This document shows positions 49,184 to 59,867 of a stretch of 64,000 bases of DNA, one piece after another. The translations under genes were made by a program, and so were the position numbers. The notes below the pieces were generated by a model. That model did no database searches. It worked only from the letters and a program-made list of their open reading frames with translations, and was not told the DNA's origin. Every line of letters starts with the position of its first letter. The first letter of the stretch is position 1. The stretch is from an uncultured bacterium (lineage in GTDB: Bacteria > Verrucomicrobiota > Verrucomicrobiia > Limisphaerales > UBA8199): assembly GCA_963749495.1 (NCBI GenBank), contig CAVVMW010000006.1:992001-1056000 (forward strand), in the 5' to 3' direction.

Positions 49184-51207
49184 ATGAGAAACGTCTTATT
49201 GTCGCGGGAGACCCCGGGCCGGATTGCCCCGTGGGAGGCGGTGCTCGCCGGGCTCGTCCTGGCCTTGGGCGCCTGGTGCAGCGGCGCGCAAGCCGCCCCG
49301 GTGACCCCGGTGATTCCGTGCGCCGCGCGGCCATTGCCGCTTTCGGCGGTTCGTCTCACCGGCGGCCCGCTCAAGCACGCGCAGGACCTGGATGCGAAGT
49401 ATCTGCTCGCGCTCGAGCCGGATCGGATGCTGGCCGGATTCCGTTTGCGGGCCGGCCTGGAGCCCAGGGCCAAGGGCTACGGCGGATGGGACTCAGTCGA
49501 GGGCAAGCAAGTCACCGGCCACATCTGCGGCCACTACCTGTCCGCCGTGAGCCTCATGTGGGCGGCAACCGGCGACGCCCGGTTCAAGGAGCGGGCCGAT
49601 TACGTGGTCAGGGAGTTGAAAGAGGTCCAGGACAAGAACGGGGACGGTTACCTGGGCGCGCTCGCCAATGGCAAGGAGCGATTCGCGGAGGTCGCCCGGG
49701 GAAACATCCGCTCCAGCAGCTTTGACCTGAACGGCCTGTGGTCGCCCTGGTATGTGCTGCACAAGACCTATGCGGGCCTGCGCGATGCCTATCGGTTCAC
49801 CGGCAACGCGGCGGCGCTGGAGGTCGAGACCCGATTCGCGGCCTGGGCCAAGGAATCCTCTCGGGGCTCGATGATGCCCAGGTGCAGCGCATGCTCAACA
49901 CCGAATTCGGCGGCATGAACGAGGTCCTGGTCAACCTCTACGCGGACACCGGCGACCGCCGCTGGCTGGACCTGAGCTGCCGGTTCGAGCACCGCGCCTT
50001 CACCGACCCGCTCAAGCGCCACCAGGACAACCTGGCCGGCAAACATGGCAACACCCAGGTGCCCAAGATGCTCGGGTCGCTTGCCCGCTTCGCCTGTGTG
50101 GGCGACCCCGGCGACGGCTATGCGGCCGCCTTTTTCTGGGACCGGGTCGTCCAGCACCACAGCTACGCCACGGGCGGCCACGGCAAGGACGAATACTTCG
50201 GCCAGCCCGATCGATTGAACGACCGCGTGGATGGCCGCACCTGCGAGACGTGCAATGTCTATAACATGCTCAAGCTCACCCGGAGGTTGTTCAGCCTCCG
50301 GCCCGACGCCTATTATGCCGATTTCCAGGAGCGCGCCCTCTTCAACCACATCCTGGGCTCGCAGGACCCGCAGGAGGGCTGGGCGTGCTACATGGTGCCC
50401 GTGGGGCGCGGCGTGCAGCACGAATACGAGCGGAACATGCTCGACGGCGGCTTCACCTGCTGCACCGCTACCAGTATGGAGAGCCATGCCCTCCACGGCG
50501 ACGGCCTCTATTACGAGTCCGGCGACAAGCTATGGGTCAATCTCTATGTCCCCTCGATTGCCCAGTGGGATTCGGCCGGTGTAAAGCTCGAAGTGCAAAC
50601 CGATTTCCCGGAAGGCGAGTCGGCCACGCTCAAATTCACCGTTGCGGCTCCCAGGCAATTCACGCTGGCACTGCGCCGGCCATTTTGGGTCGGCGAGGGT
50701 TTCGTAGTGAAGGTGAACGGTTCGACAGTGCCGGCGCAAACCCAGGCCGAACCGCCCAAGAATGCCCTCGCCCGCCCGCGCAACAACCCGGCGCCCGCAA
50801 CCCCGCCCAAGGCCGGCTCCTATGTCGAGATCAAACGCCCCTGGCAGACCGGCGACAAGGTGAGCGTCACTTTGCCCAAGATGCTTCGCCTGGAACCGGT
50901 CCCGGACAATCCCCGCCGCGCGGCCATCCTTTGGGGACCGCTGGTGCTGGCAGGCGACTTGGGCCCGGAGGAGGCCCGCGGCAGGCCGGGCGAGCCCGGC
51001 AGCGCAGCGGATCACGCGCCGGTCCTGGTTGCAGCCGAGCGGCCCCTCGCCCAGTGGCTCAAACCGGCGCCCGGCAAGCCGGGCTGTTTCCGCACCGACG
51101 GCGTGGGCAAAGAGCGCGACGTGGACTTGGTGCCGTTTTACCGTCTGCACCGGCGCACCTACGCGATTTATTGGGACCTGGTCACCCCGGCGGAATCAAG
51201 GAAGTGA
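49184..51207 (+). CDS. GH127/GH146-like beta-L-arabinofuranosidase (frameshift near 49850)
   Basis: EPDRMLAGF, GHICGHYLSA, EFGGMNE, HGNTQVPK, CETCNVYNMLK, FTCC. Confidence 0.85.
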
Positions 51208-51254
51208 AAAAATAGGGCTCGAAGAACTGCGCCCGGGGGGATTATCTTGTGGCC

Positions 51255-51473
51255 ATGCAGGACGATGAGTTGCCAATAAAAGTGGTGGGGCGGAAAGGCC
51301 GGCCAAAGGTGGATGTCGTCCGCATCGATCCCCTGCAGAAATTGGCGAACGAGCTGCGCAAGGGCCGGCCATTCATGCCCAAAGGGGTTTGGCGGTTCAA
51401 ATCCTTCGACGAAGCCGACGCATGGAAGCTGAAGATGCTAACGCGCCCCAGGAGCCCCGATTCCCAAGGCTAG
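51255..51473 (+). CDS. Small hypothetical protein overlapping the nucleotidyltransferase
   Basis: 72 aa, PKGVWRFKSFDEADAW. Confidence 0.65.
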   Translation: MQDDELPIKVVGRKGRPKVDVVRIDPLQKLANELRKGRPFMPKGVWRFKSFDEADAWKLKMLTRPRSPDSQG

Positions 51474-51925
51474 ACGATTTGCTCTTCCTCTGCCGGTGTT
51501 TGAACGAGGCCGGCGCGAAGTACCTGGTCATTGGCGGTTGGGCGGTCATCCAGCATGGGTTTGAACGCACCACCTCGGACGTGGACCTGCTGGTGGACGC
51601 TTCTCCGGACAATTTCGAGAGAATCAGGGCTGCGATGCTCAAATTGCCCGATGGCGCCATCCGGGAGGTTCGACCCGGAGACCTCGATGAATTCATCGTC
51701 GTCAGGGTGGGAGACGAGTTTGTGATCGATTTGATGAAGCGCTCGTGCGGAATCGAGTACACTGAAGCCAGCCGGGAAATCGATTGGATCAAGGTGCGCG
51801 ACGTGGTGATCCCTTTTGCCAGCGCCGAACTGCTCTTGCGGACCAAGCTAACCCATCGTGAAAAAGACGCGCTGGACCGCGCATTCCTGGCTGAGTTGCT
51901 CAAGCGAAAGGCAAAACGATCCTGA
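51422..51925 (+). CDS. Minimal nucleotidyltransferase (DUF6036-like)
   Basis: YLVIGGWAV..HG..RTTSDVDL, C-terminal K..REKD..D. Confidence 0.8.
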   Translation: MEAEDANAPQEPRFPRLDDLLFLCRCLNEAGAKYLVIGGWAVIQHGFERTTSDVDLLVDASPDNFERIRAAMLKLPDGAIREVRPGDLDEFIVVRVGDEFVIDLMKRSCGIEYTEASREIDWIKVRDVVIPFASAELLLRTKLTHREKDALDRAFLAELLKRKAKRS

Positions 51926-52056
51926 GCCCATCCTTATCCTGACGCCGGGCGCACCCCGCCAGGATGGCCCGACGATTTTGCACCGCACCTGGCGAGTCTT
52001 GACGGGGTTGGCCGCGCCTGCGATTTTTCAGTTGCTTGGCGCAAGATTTCCCAATC

Positions 52057-55000
52057 ATGGCGACAAGCGAATTATTCGCTCGAGTCTTGGCCGCTCCCGC
52101 TGTGCAGTCTCTGTCACGGCGCCTGGCGCAGGGGGGAGTATTGTCCTGCGAGGGCGTGGCTGCAGGGGCCCAGCCGTTCCTGGCCGCCCTGTTGCGCCAG
52201 GTCTTCCCGCGTCGCCCTATCGCCATCGTTACCGGCAGCCTGAGGGCGCAGGAGGTCTTTCATCAGGATTTGACGACGTGGACCCAGTCCAGAGTCCAGA
52301 GTCCACAGTCCAGAGTCCAGAGTCCACAGTCCAGAGTCCACAGTCCACAGTCCAGAGTTCAGAGTCCAGAGTCCAGAGTCCAGAGTCCAGAGTCCAGAGT
52401 CCAGAGTCCAGAGTCCAGAGTCCAGAGTCCAGAGTCCAGAGTCCAGAGTCCAGAGTCCACAGTCCAGAGTCCAGAGTCCACAGTCCAAGGACCGGAGGAC
52501 GGAGGACAGAGGACAGAGGACATGCGAGAGGGGATGGAGGATGGAGGATCGAGGGCAGCGGGGACTGTGGACTGTGGACTGTGGACTGTGGACTCTGGAC
52601 CGGACTGTGGACTGCGCCCGTTGTTCTACCCGGCCTGGGAGATTCTCCCGCACGAAGACCGGCTTCCGCACGCCGACGTGATCGGCGAACGGCTGGAGAC
52701 ATTGGTTGCATTGTTGGGTCGAGCGCGGAGGGGGGACGGCCAGGCCCCGGTCGTGGTCGCCAGTGTCGTTGCCCTGCTTCAACGCACATTCCTGCCCGAG
52801 GCACTGGCCGGCCGCACTCAGGCCTTGGCCAGGGGCGACCGGCGCGACCCGCTCGACCTGGTCGAGTGGCTCGAGGAGCAGGGCTACGAGCCTGAAGCCC
52901 AGGTGACGCAAAAGGGCGAGGTCGCCTTGCGCGGCGGCATCCTCGACCTCTATCCGCCAACCAGTCCCTGGCCGGCGCGCCTTGAGTTCTTCGGTGACGA
53001 GTTGGAATCGCTCCGCTACTTCGACCCGCTGACCCAGATGTCGCGGGAGGAGATCGAGTCGATTGTCCTTCCCCCGGCGGGCGAGTTGGGGATCCTCAAG
53101 CGAGTGCGGAGTGCGGAATGCGGAGTGCGGAGTGCGGAATGCGGAGTGCGGAATGCGGAGTGCGGAACGCGGAACGGGGACCGCGGAGCCGTGGGAGTGC
53201 CGAGTCGCGAGGGCGTAGGGCAGGGGGGATGGGGCCTGGGGACGTTGGTGGATTATCTGCCGCCAGAGACGATTTTGCTGCTATGCGAACCGGAGCAATT
53301 GGCCGAACAGGCCCAAGAGTACGCCCGGCAGGTTCCCCCCGGCGACACGTTCTATGTTTCCTGGCCTGAATTCCAGCGGCAGGCAGAGGCCAAGGGAATG
53401 ACCGTGGTGAGTCTTGCCGAGTCCTCCGGACAAGGTGCAGAGCGCGGGTCTGACGGGTCTGATGCGTCCGACCCGTCCGACCTGTCCCGCAGCACTGGCG
53501 AGGCGGGAGCCACATTTCCACCGGGCGCCGTGCCGGTTCGCTCTGCCGGGCCCGGCGAAGCGGGGCCGGCGATTGAGACCCAGGGCCTCCAGTTCCAGAG
53601 CTTGGATGTCTATCGGCCGATGCTGGAGCGCGCGCCGGAGCCGCCGGTGGCCGAGGCGCAACGCCGCGAGTTCTTCGCCCAACTGCACCGCTGGCTGCGC
53701 CAGAACTACGCCGTCCACGTCTTCTGTAACAACGACGGCGAGCGGCAGCGTTTCGCAGAGATTTGGAAGGAATACGGGCTGGATAGTCCACAGTCCACAG
53801 GCCACAGTCCAGAGTCCACAGTCCACAGTCCACGGTCCACAGTCCAGAGTCCAGAGTCCACAGTCCAGAGTCCACAGTCCAGAATCCAAGGACCCGAGGA
53901 CGGAGGCCAGAGGACAAAGGACGCGGGAGAGAGGATGGAGGATGGAGGATCGAGGGCAGCGGGGACTGTGGACTGTGGACTGTGGACTGTGGACTCGGGC
54001 CGGACTGTGGACTGTGGACTGTGGACTGTGGACTGTGGTACGTTGTCGAGCGGCTTTCTGCACGACCCCTCGAAGGTAGTCGTCGTGACGGACGCCGAGA
54101 TTTTCGGGCGTTACAAAGTCCAGCGGCCGCGCCGGCTCAAGTCGCCGCACGCGCAGGCGACGCGTTCGGCGCTGGACATCGATTTCACGGACCTGAAGGA
54201 GGGTGACTATGTGGTACACCTGCAGCACGGCATCGGGCGGTACGTGGGTTTGCAGGTGCTGCCGTTGGGGGCCGGGGCCAAACCGACCGAAGGGCCGGCG
54301 GCAACGGCCAATGCGGGCCAGGAATGCCTGGTGATCGAATACGCCCCGGGGGACCCGGCCCAGCCGCCGCCCAGGCTCTACGTGCCGGTGCCCGAGGCGC
54401 ATTTGGTGAGCAAGTACGTCGGCGCCGGCAAGGCGCGGCCGCCGCTCAACACGCTGGGTGGCACGCGCTGGCTCAAGGCCCGCGTCCAGGCCGAGCGCGC
54501 CGTGCGCGACGTGGCCGGCGCGTTGCTGGCCATCCAGGCCGCCCGCGAGTCCCAGCCCGGGCATGGCTTCGCGTCGGACGCCCCGTGGCAGCGCGAGTTC
54601 GAGAGCGCTTTCATCTACGAAGAGACGCCCGACCAATTGGCCGCCATCGCCCAGACCAAGAGCGATATGGAGCGCCCCAAGCCGATGGACCGGTTGATCT
54701 GCGGCGACGTCGGTTTCGGCAAGACCGAGGTGGGCATCCGGGCGGCGTTCAAGGCGGTCCTGGGGGGCAAACAGGTGGCGGTGCTGGTGCCGACGACGGT
54801 CCTGGCGCAGCAGCACTTCAACACCTTCCGCGAGCGCCTGGCCGATTACCCTGTCCGCGTCGAATTGCTCTCGCGCTTCCGCTCGCGCGGCGCCCAGCAA
54901 AAAACTCTCCGCAACCTGGCGGCCGGCTCCGTGGACATCGTCATCGGGACCCATCGCTTGCTCCAGGCGGATGTGGCCTTCAAGGACCTGGGCCTGGTGG

Positions 55001-56346
55001 TCATCGATGAGGAACAGCGATTTGGCGTGATGCACAAGGAGCGGTTCAAGATGCTGCGCAAATTGGTCAATGTGCTCACGCTGAGCGCCACGCCCATTCC
55101 GCGCACGCTCTACCTGGCCCTGTCCGGGGCCCGCGACATGAGCACTATCCAGACCCCGCCCCACGACCGGCTGCCCGTCCAGACCATCGTCACCCAATAC
55201 GACGAGCGGGTGATTCGCGACGCCATCCAGCGCGAGCTGAACCGGGGTGGCCAGGTCTTTTTCCTCCATAACCGGGTGATGACCATTCTCAGCATGGCCC
55301 AGAAGCTCCAGGCCCTGCTGCCCAACGCTCGGATTGTCGTCGGCCACGGCCAGATGCACAGCGAGGAACTGGAGCAAGTCATGACCCGCTTTGTCAACGG
55401 CCAGGCGGACGTCCTGCTCTCGACCACGATCATCGAGAGCGGCCTGGACATTCCCAACGCCAACACGATTATCATCAACCGCGCCGATCGTTTCGGACTG
55501 AGCGACCTCTACCAACTCCGCGGGCGGGTGGGCCGCTACAAACACCAGGCCTACGCCTACCTGCTCCTGCCGCGCCATGCCCGCCTGTTGACCGACGTGC
55601 GCAAACGCATGAGCGCCCTCAGGCAATACTCGACCCTCGGCAGCGGCTTCAAGATCGCCATGCGCGACCTGGAAATCCGTGGCGCCGGCAACCTGCTGGG
55701 CGCCGAGCAGAGCGGCCATATCACGGCCGTCGGCTTCGAACTCTACTGCCAGCTCCTCAAGCAAAGCATCGCCAGCCTCAAGGGCCAGAAGGTCAAGCCG
55801 CGCGTCCAGGTCGAGGTGCGTTTGGATTTCCTGGCCCTCAACCCAGGGGAGGAGGGACGGAGGACGGAGAACGGAATGACGAATGACGGAATGACGAATG
55901 ACGAATGCGGAGAACGGAGGACGGAGGACGGAGGACGGGTTCCAGCCTCCGAGGGATGGCCGCACGCTGCTCCCTCGCCCCTCGCCCTTCGCCCCTCGGC
56001 TTCCGCCTGCATCCCGTTCAACTACATCTCCGATGCCCGGCATCGCATCGAGATCTATCGCAAGCTGGCCCAGGCGACCGAGACCTCGGCGGTGGCGGAA
56101 CTCGAACGGGAGGTGCGCGATCGGTTCGGCCCGCCGCCGCCGCCTCTCCAACGGTTGCTGCAGGTTGCCGAACTCAAGGTGCTCGCCGCCCAGCGCGGCA
56201 TCACCACCCTCGAAGTCAAGGAGAACAAGCTGATGCTCACCCGCAACAACGACTACGTCATGGCCGGCAGCAAGTTCCCCCGCCTGACCCGCTCCGGCGC
56301 CTCCGCCAGGCTCAAGGAAATCAAGCGGTTCCTCCTGGCCCTTTAG
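52057..56346 (+). CDS. mfd: Transcription-repair coupling factor with in-frame repeat insertions
   Basis: RGGILD, CarD-like VVHLQHGIG, GDVGFGKTE, DEEQRFG, SATPIPRT, QLRGRVGR, TRCF domain. Confidence 0.95.
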   Translation: MATSELFARVLAAPAVQSLSRRLAQGGVLSCEGVAAGAQPFLAALLRQVFPRRPIAIVTGSLRAQEVFHQDLTTWTQSRVQSPQSRVQSPQSRVHSPQSRVQSPESRVQSPESRVQSPESRVQSPESRVQSPESTVQSPESTVQGPEDGGQRTEDMREGMEDGGSRAAGTVDCGLWTVDSGPDCGLRPLFYPAWEILPHEDRLPHADVIGERLETLVALLGRARRGDGQAPVVVASVVALLQRTFLPEALAGRTQALARGDRRDPLDLVEWLEEQGYEPEAQVTQKGEVALRGGILDLYPPTSPWPARLEFFGDELESLRYFDPLTQMSREEIESIVLPPAGELGILKRVRSAECGVRSAECGVRNAECGTRNGDRGAVGVPSREGVGQGGWGLGTLVDYLPPETILLLCEPEQLAEQAQEYARQVPPGDTFYVSWPEFQRQAEAKGMTVVSLAESSGQGAERGSDGSDASDPSDLSRSTGEAGATFPPGAVPVRSAGPGEAGPAIETQGLQFQSLDVYRPMLERAPEPPVAEAQRREFFAQLHRWLRQNYAVHVFCNNDGERQRFAEIWKEYGLDSPQSTGHSPESTVHSPRSTVQSPESTVQSPQSRIQGPEDGGQRTKDAGERMEDGGSRAAGTVDCGLWTVDSGRTVDCGLWTVDCGTLSSGFLHDPSKVVVVTDAEIFGRYKVQRPRRLKSPHAQATRSALDIDFTDLKEGDYVVHLQHGIGRYVGLQVLPLGAGAKPTEGPAATANAGQECLVIEYAPGDPAQPPPRLYVPVPEAHLVSKYVGAGKARPPLNTLGGTRWLKARVQAERAVRDVAGALLAIQAARESQPGHGFASDAPWQREFESAFIYEETPDQLAAIAQTKSDMERPKPMDRLICGDVGFGKTEVGIRAAFKAVLGGKQVAVLVPTTVLAQQHFNTFRERLADYPVRVELLSRFRSRGAQQKTLRNLAAGSVDIVIGTHRLLQADVAFKDLGLVVIDEEQRFGVMHKERFKMLRKLVNVLTLSATPIPRTLYLALSGARDMSTIQTPPHDRLPVQTIVTQYDERVIRDAIQRELNRGGQVFFLHNRVMTILSMAQKLQALLPNARIVVGHGQMHSEELEQVMTRFVNGQADVLLSTTIIESGLDIPNANTIIINRADRFGLSDLYQLRGRVGRYKHQAYAYLLLPRHARLLTDVRKRMSALRQYSTLGSGFKIAMRDLEIRGAGNLLGAEQSGHITAVGFELYCQLLKQSIASLKGQKVKPRVQVEVRLDFLALNPGEEGRRTENGMTNDGMTNDECGERRTEDGGRVPASEGWPHAAPSPLALRPSASACIPFNYISDARHRIEIYRKLAQATETSAVAELEREVRDRFGPPPPPLQRLLQVAELKVLAAQRGITTLEVKENKLMLTRNNDYVMAGSKFPRLTRSGASARLKEIKRFLLAL
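52285..52614. repeat. Heptamer-armed element inserted in frame in mfd (copy 1)
   Basis: (GTCCAGA/GTCCACA)n, GGAGGAC-rich core, (TGTGGAC)n. Confidence 0.92.
53785..54038. repeat. Heptamer-armed element inserted in frame in mfd (copy 2)
   Basis: Same core (GGATGGAGGATGGAGGATCGAGGGCAGCGGGGACTG) with different arm lengths. Confidence 0.92.
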
Positions 56347-56480
56347 GGCCGCTGGCAGAATTAATCATCCGGCAGGTCATCGACCAATGGCCGCCCCAAT
56401 CCCTGCCCGCCGGGGCCTGATCGGGCGGGCGCATCCTGACCCCCACCACCGGGGGCCGGACCGGAGTGCGCCCGTCCCCG

Positions 56481-58865
56481 CTGCACCTTACACGCATTTT
56501 TTTCCGCTAGACAACCTTCGCGAATTCCGGCAGAAGATGGGGATGCAAGAGCCAATCGTCGTCTGCGGGCGCGAATTTCGCCCTGAAGTTGTGGAACACC
56601 TCAACCAACTGGCCCGGCAGGAACCCGAGCCTACGGGTAATACACTGGCCCGGGAGGCCTGTGGGCTGCTGGCGTGGTATCGGCCGGACGGGCGGCTGGC
56701 CTTGTCCAGTGCCAAGGTGGCGCTGCGCAAACTGCAGAAGCGCGGAATTCTGGTGCTGCGCCAGGCCAGGGGCAAAGCCCGACATCGGTTGCGAGCTAGC
56801 GGCCAGGAGCTGCCACCCTTGCACGGGGTGCCGCGGCGCGTCGATCAGATCCAAGGGCTGCGGCTGCATTTGTTGAGCGGGCAGGAGGACCCGCTGCATG
56901 GGCTGTGGAACGATTTGATTATCGCGCAGCATCCCTGCGGCGACGCCCCGCTGGTGGGAGCCCAACTTCGCTACCTGATCGGCAGCGACCATGGCTGGCT
57001 GGGAGCGCTGGGTTTTGGACCCCCCGCCTTTGCGTTAGCCTCGCGCGACCAGTGGATTGGCTGGTCCACAGCGGCTCGTTTGGGCCACTTGCGCGAGGTA
57101 ATCGGTTTATCGCGACTGCTCATTCGCAAGGAGGTGCACTGCACCAATTTGACCTCCAAGGTGTTGAGTTTGGCCCTGGCGCGGCTGGCGCAGGATTGGC
57201 AGGCGCGTTATGGGAGCCGACCGCAGTTAGTCGAAACCTACGTGGATCGCTCCAAGTTCACGGGGCGGTGCTTCAGCGCGGCCAATTGGTTGCGGGTGGG
57301 AGTCAGCACGGGGCGTGGCCGGCTGGGCCCAGACAGGCCGGTTAAGAGCTTGAAGGACGTCTGGGTGTTCCCAGTGGATCAGAGGGCTCGCCAGCACCTA
57401 CAGACCGAAGTGCCGCCGGCGCTCAGCCCGCAGCACCTGGAGCAAAGTCTGGCGCAGGAGGATTGGTGCGCTTACGAGATGGCGGGACTGGATTTAGGCG
57501 ACCAGCGCCGCCAGCACCGCGCCGTCAAAATCCTGGAAGCCCGTTGGCAGCAGCCGCAAGCCAGCTTCTACGGCAGCTTTAGCTCCTGGTCTCCGGCCAA
57601 GGCGGCCTATGGGTTGATCGAGCACGAGAGCCAGGAAATCAGTCTGGAGCGGCTGTTGGAGGCGCACCAGCAGGCGACGCAGGCCCGCATGGCGGCCGAG
57701 CCGCTGGTGCTCCTGCCGCAGGACACTACCGGGCTTAACTACACCGGCTTGGAGCAGACCACCGGCTTGGGATCCTTGGGCGAGGAAAAGGGCCGTGGTC
57801 TGTGGCTGCACACCCTGCTGGCCTTTCGCCCCGATGGCGTGCCCTTGGGCGTGCTGGATGCCCGGTGCTGGGCGCGGCCGCCCCAAGGCCCCTCGGACCC
57901 CTCGGGACGAGGCCGCAACGCCAAATCCATTGATGAAAAGGAAAGCTATCGCTGGATAGAAGCTTTTCAGCGGGCAGGCGCGGCCGCGCGGCGCATGCCC
58001 CAAACGCAACTGGTAGTGATCACCGATCGCGAAGGGGACCTTTACGAGTTGTACGACGCCACTCAGATTGGACCGGACAACCTGCACGCGCTGGTCCGTG
58101 CGCAGCACGACCGCAAGCTGGACTGCCACAAAAAACTGTGGGCTTTCATGGAAAGCCAGCCGGTAGGCGAGACCCGTGAGCTTAAGCTGCCGCGGCATCG
58201 GGGCCAGCCCCCGCGCACAGCGCACGTGCAGGTGCGGTGGTCCTCCGTAACCATTGAGGCCCCCGCCGTGGGTTGCAAGAAGGGTTGGCCCTCGTTGAGC
58301 CTGTGGGCGGTTTGGGTGCGCGACCAACCCCCCAGCGGGCGCCGAGCCCATTGATTGGATGCTGTTGACCGATATGCCGATCACGACCGCCCCACAGGCC
58401 TGGGAGAAAGTGCAATGGTATTGCCGTCGCTGGGGCATCGAAGAGTGGCATCGCGCGCTTAAGAACGGCTGCGGAGTCGAACACCGGGAATTTAAAACCG
58501 CCGAACATCTTCAGCGGGTGCTGGCCTTCGATTTGATCGTGGCTTGGCGGGTCTTGGCCTGTGTTAAACTGGGGCGAGCTTTGCCGCAACTGCCCGCCAG
58601 CGTTCTGTATTCGCCGCAAGAACTACAAGTATTGCAAGCGGCGCTAAAAAAAACTTCAGCCGAGAAGAGGCATCGCGTCTGACCCTGGGCGAAGCCAACA
58701 GACTAGTCGGCAGACTGGGAGGCTATTTGGCCAGAAAAGGTGACGGGGAACCGGGCGCTGAGAGTATCGGTTGCGGCCTGCGCAGGTTAATGGACTTGTC
58801 GTGGGGCTGGCGATTACAACGACAGGCAACGGAGGTTGCGCGATGAAAATGCGTGTAAGGTGCAG
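56481..58865 (+). mobile_element. IS4-family insertion sequence
   Basis: 20-bp perfect IR CTGCACCTTACACGCATTTT; 8-bp target duplication CGTCCCCG at 56473 and 58866. Confidence 0.92.
56537..58846 (+). CDS. IS4 (IS50/Tn5-like) transposase with N-terminal DUF4338-like domain; frame breaks near 58330 and at the A8 run 58646-58653
   Basis: QDTT, DREGD, Y..RWGIEEWHRALK, RLGGYLARKGDGEPG; N-terminal GAQLRYL, RDQWIGW, ETYVD, AANW..VG..TGRG. Confidence 0.85.
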
Positions 58866-59111
58866 CGTCCCCGGGCGCAGCGACGTCCGGAGCCAAAGCA
58901 GCGGTCAAACACTCCAGCGCGCCTGCCCGCTCCGTCGCTGCTGCGCCCGGGGACGGGCGCACTCCGGGGGCAGTGTCGGAGGCGCCCTGCCCCGGCTGGT
59001 TCCAAACAGCCGCCTTGACACCCTATAGCGTTGGTGCAACATCGGCCCCGTGTGATAAGATCCTTCCAGAGTGGTCTATGATCTCGGGAATCGATCAACC
59101 CAGGCACGCCT

Positions 59112-59831
59112 ATGACATCCTCAACGTGCAATAAAGCGGCCGCGCCGCCCTCGTGGCGGAGCGGAGAGCATTCTGAGTCGGGCGCGCCTTCTCCGGGCGG
59201 CAGCGCAGAGGATGATGACGAAGCCGATACGGAGCGGCGGATGTCCCGCTCGCAGCAGGCGGACCTGCCGGGCTGCCTGCGTTTTATCTGGGCGGGCCTG
59301 GCCAAGAACCTGCAGACCGGCGGCATCGTCCCCTCCCAACGGTTTCTCATCGCCAAGATGATCGCCCCCGTGCCTGTGGATTACCAGGGCCGGATCTTCG
59401 AGCTGGGGGCCGGCACCGGGGCGCTCACGTTGCGGTTGGCAGCCCGCTGCCCCGCCGCGCAGATCCTGGCCTGCGAGGTCAACCCGGACCTGGCGGAGCA
59501 CAGCCGGCGCCGCATGGCCATGGCCGGTCTGCAACGCCGGGTGACGGTCTTTTCGGGCCCGGCCGAGCAATTGCTCTCTACCGCAACCCAGCAAGGCTGG
59601 AGCAAGCCTCATTACATCATCTCCGGCATCCCTCTGGGCAACCTTGCCCGAAAGCAGGTCCTGGCCCTCATCACCGCCGTCCGCCAGGCCCTGGCCCAGG
59701 GGGGCCTCTACATCCAGTTTCAGCACTCGCTCATCGACCGCAGGCACATCCGCGCCTGTTTCAGCAGCCTCCGCACTGTGCCCGCCTTCCTCAACTTTCC
59801 CCCCGCAGTGGTCTATTACGCCCGGTGCTGA
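59112..59831 (+). CDS. SAM-dependent methyltransferase, phospholipid N-methyltransferase-like
   Basis: TGGIVPS..LI, ELGAGTG, ISGIPL, IQFQHS, NFPPAVVY. Confidence 0.8.
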   Translation: MTSSTCNKAAAPPSWRSGEHSESGAPSPGGSAEDDDEADTERRMSRSQQADLPGCLRFIWAGLAKNLQTGGIVPSQRFLIAKMIAPVPVDYQGRIFELGAGTGALTLRLAARCPAAQILACEVNPDLAEHSRRRMAMAGLQRRVTVFSGPAEQLLSTATQQGWSKPHYIISGIPLGNLARKQVLALITAVRQALAQGGLYIQFQHSLIDRRHIRACFSSLRTVPAFLNFPPAVVYYARC

Positions 59832-59867
59832 GGCAGGGCCGGATGTCAGGCATGGGGTTGGGACGCC

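Noticed and set aside
56537..57400. DUF4338 domain as a Druantia defence system
   Set aside because: It is fused to a transposase inside IS ends and no other Druantia genes are present
2830..58330. Frameshifts near 2830, 3340, 4815, 7500, 9135, 23615, 40855, 49850 and 58330 as pseudogenes or recoding
   Set aside because: Scattered single-base breaks in otherwise intact, unrelated genes are best explained by long-read indel errors; needs read polishing to confirm
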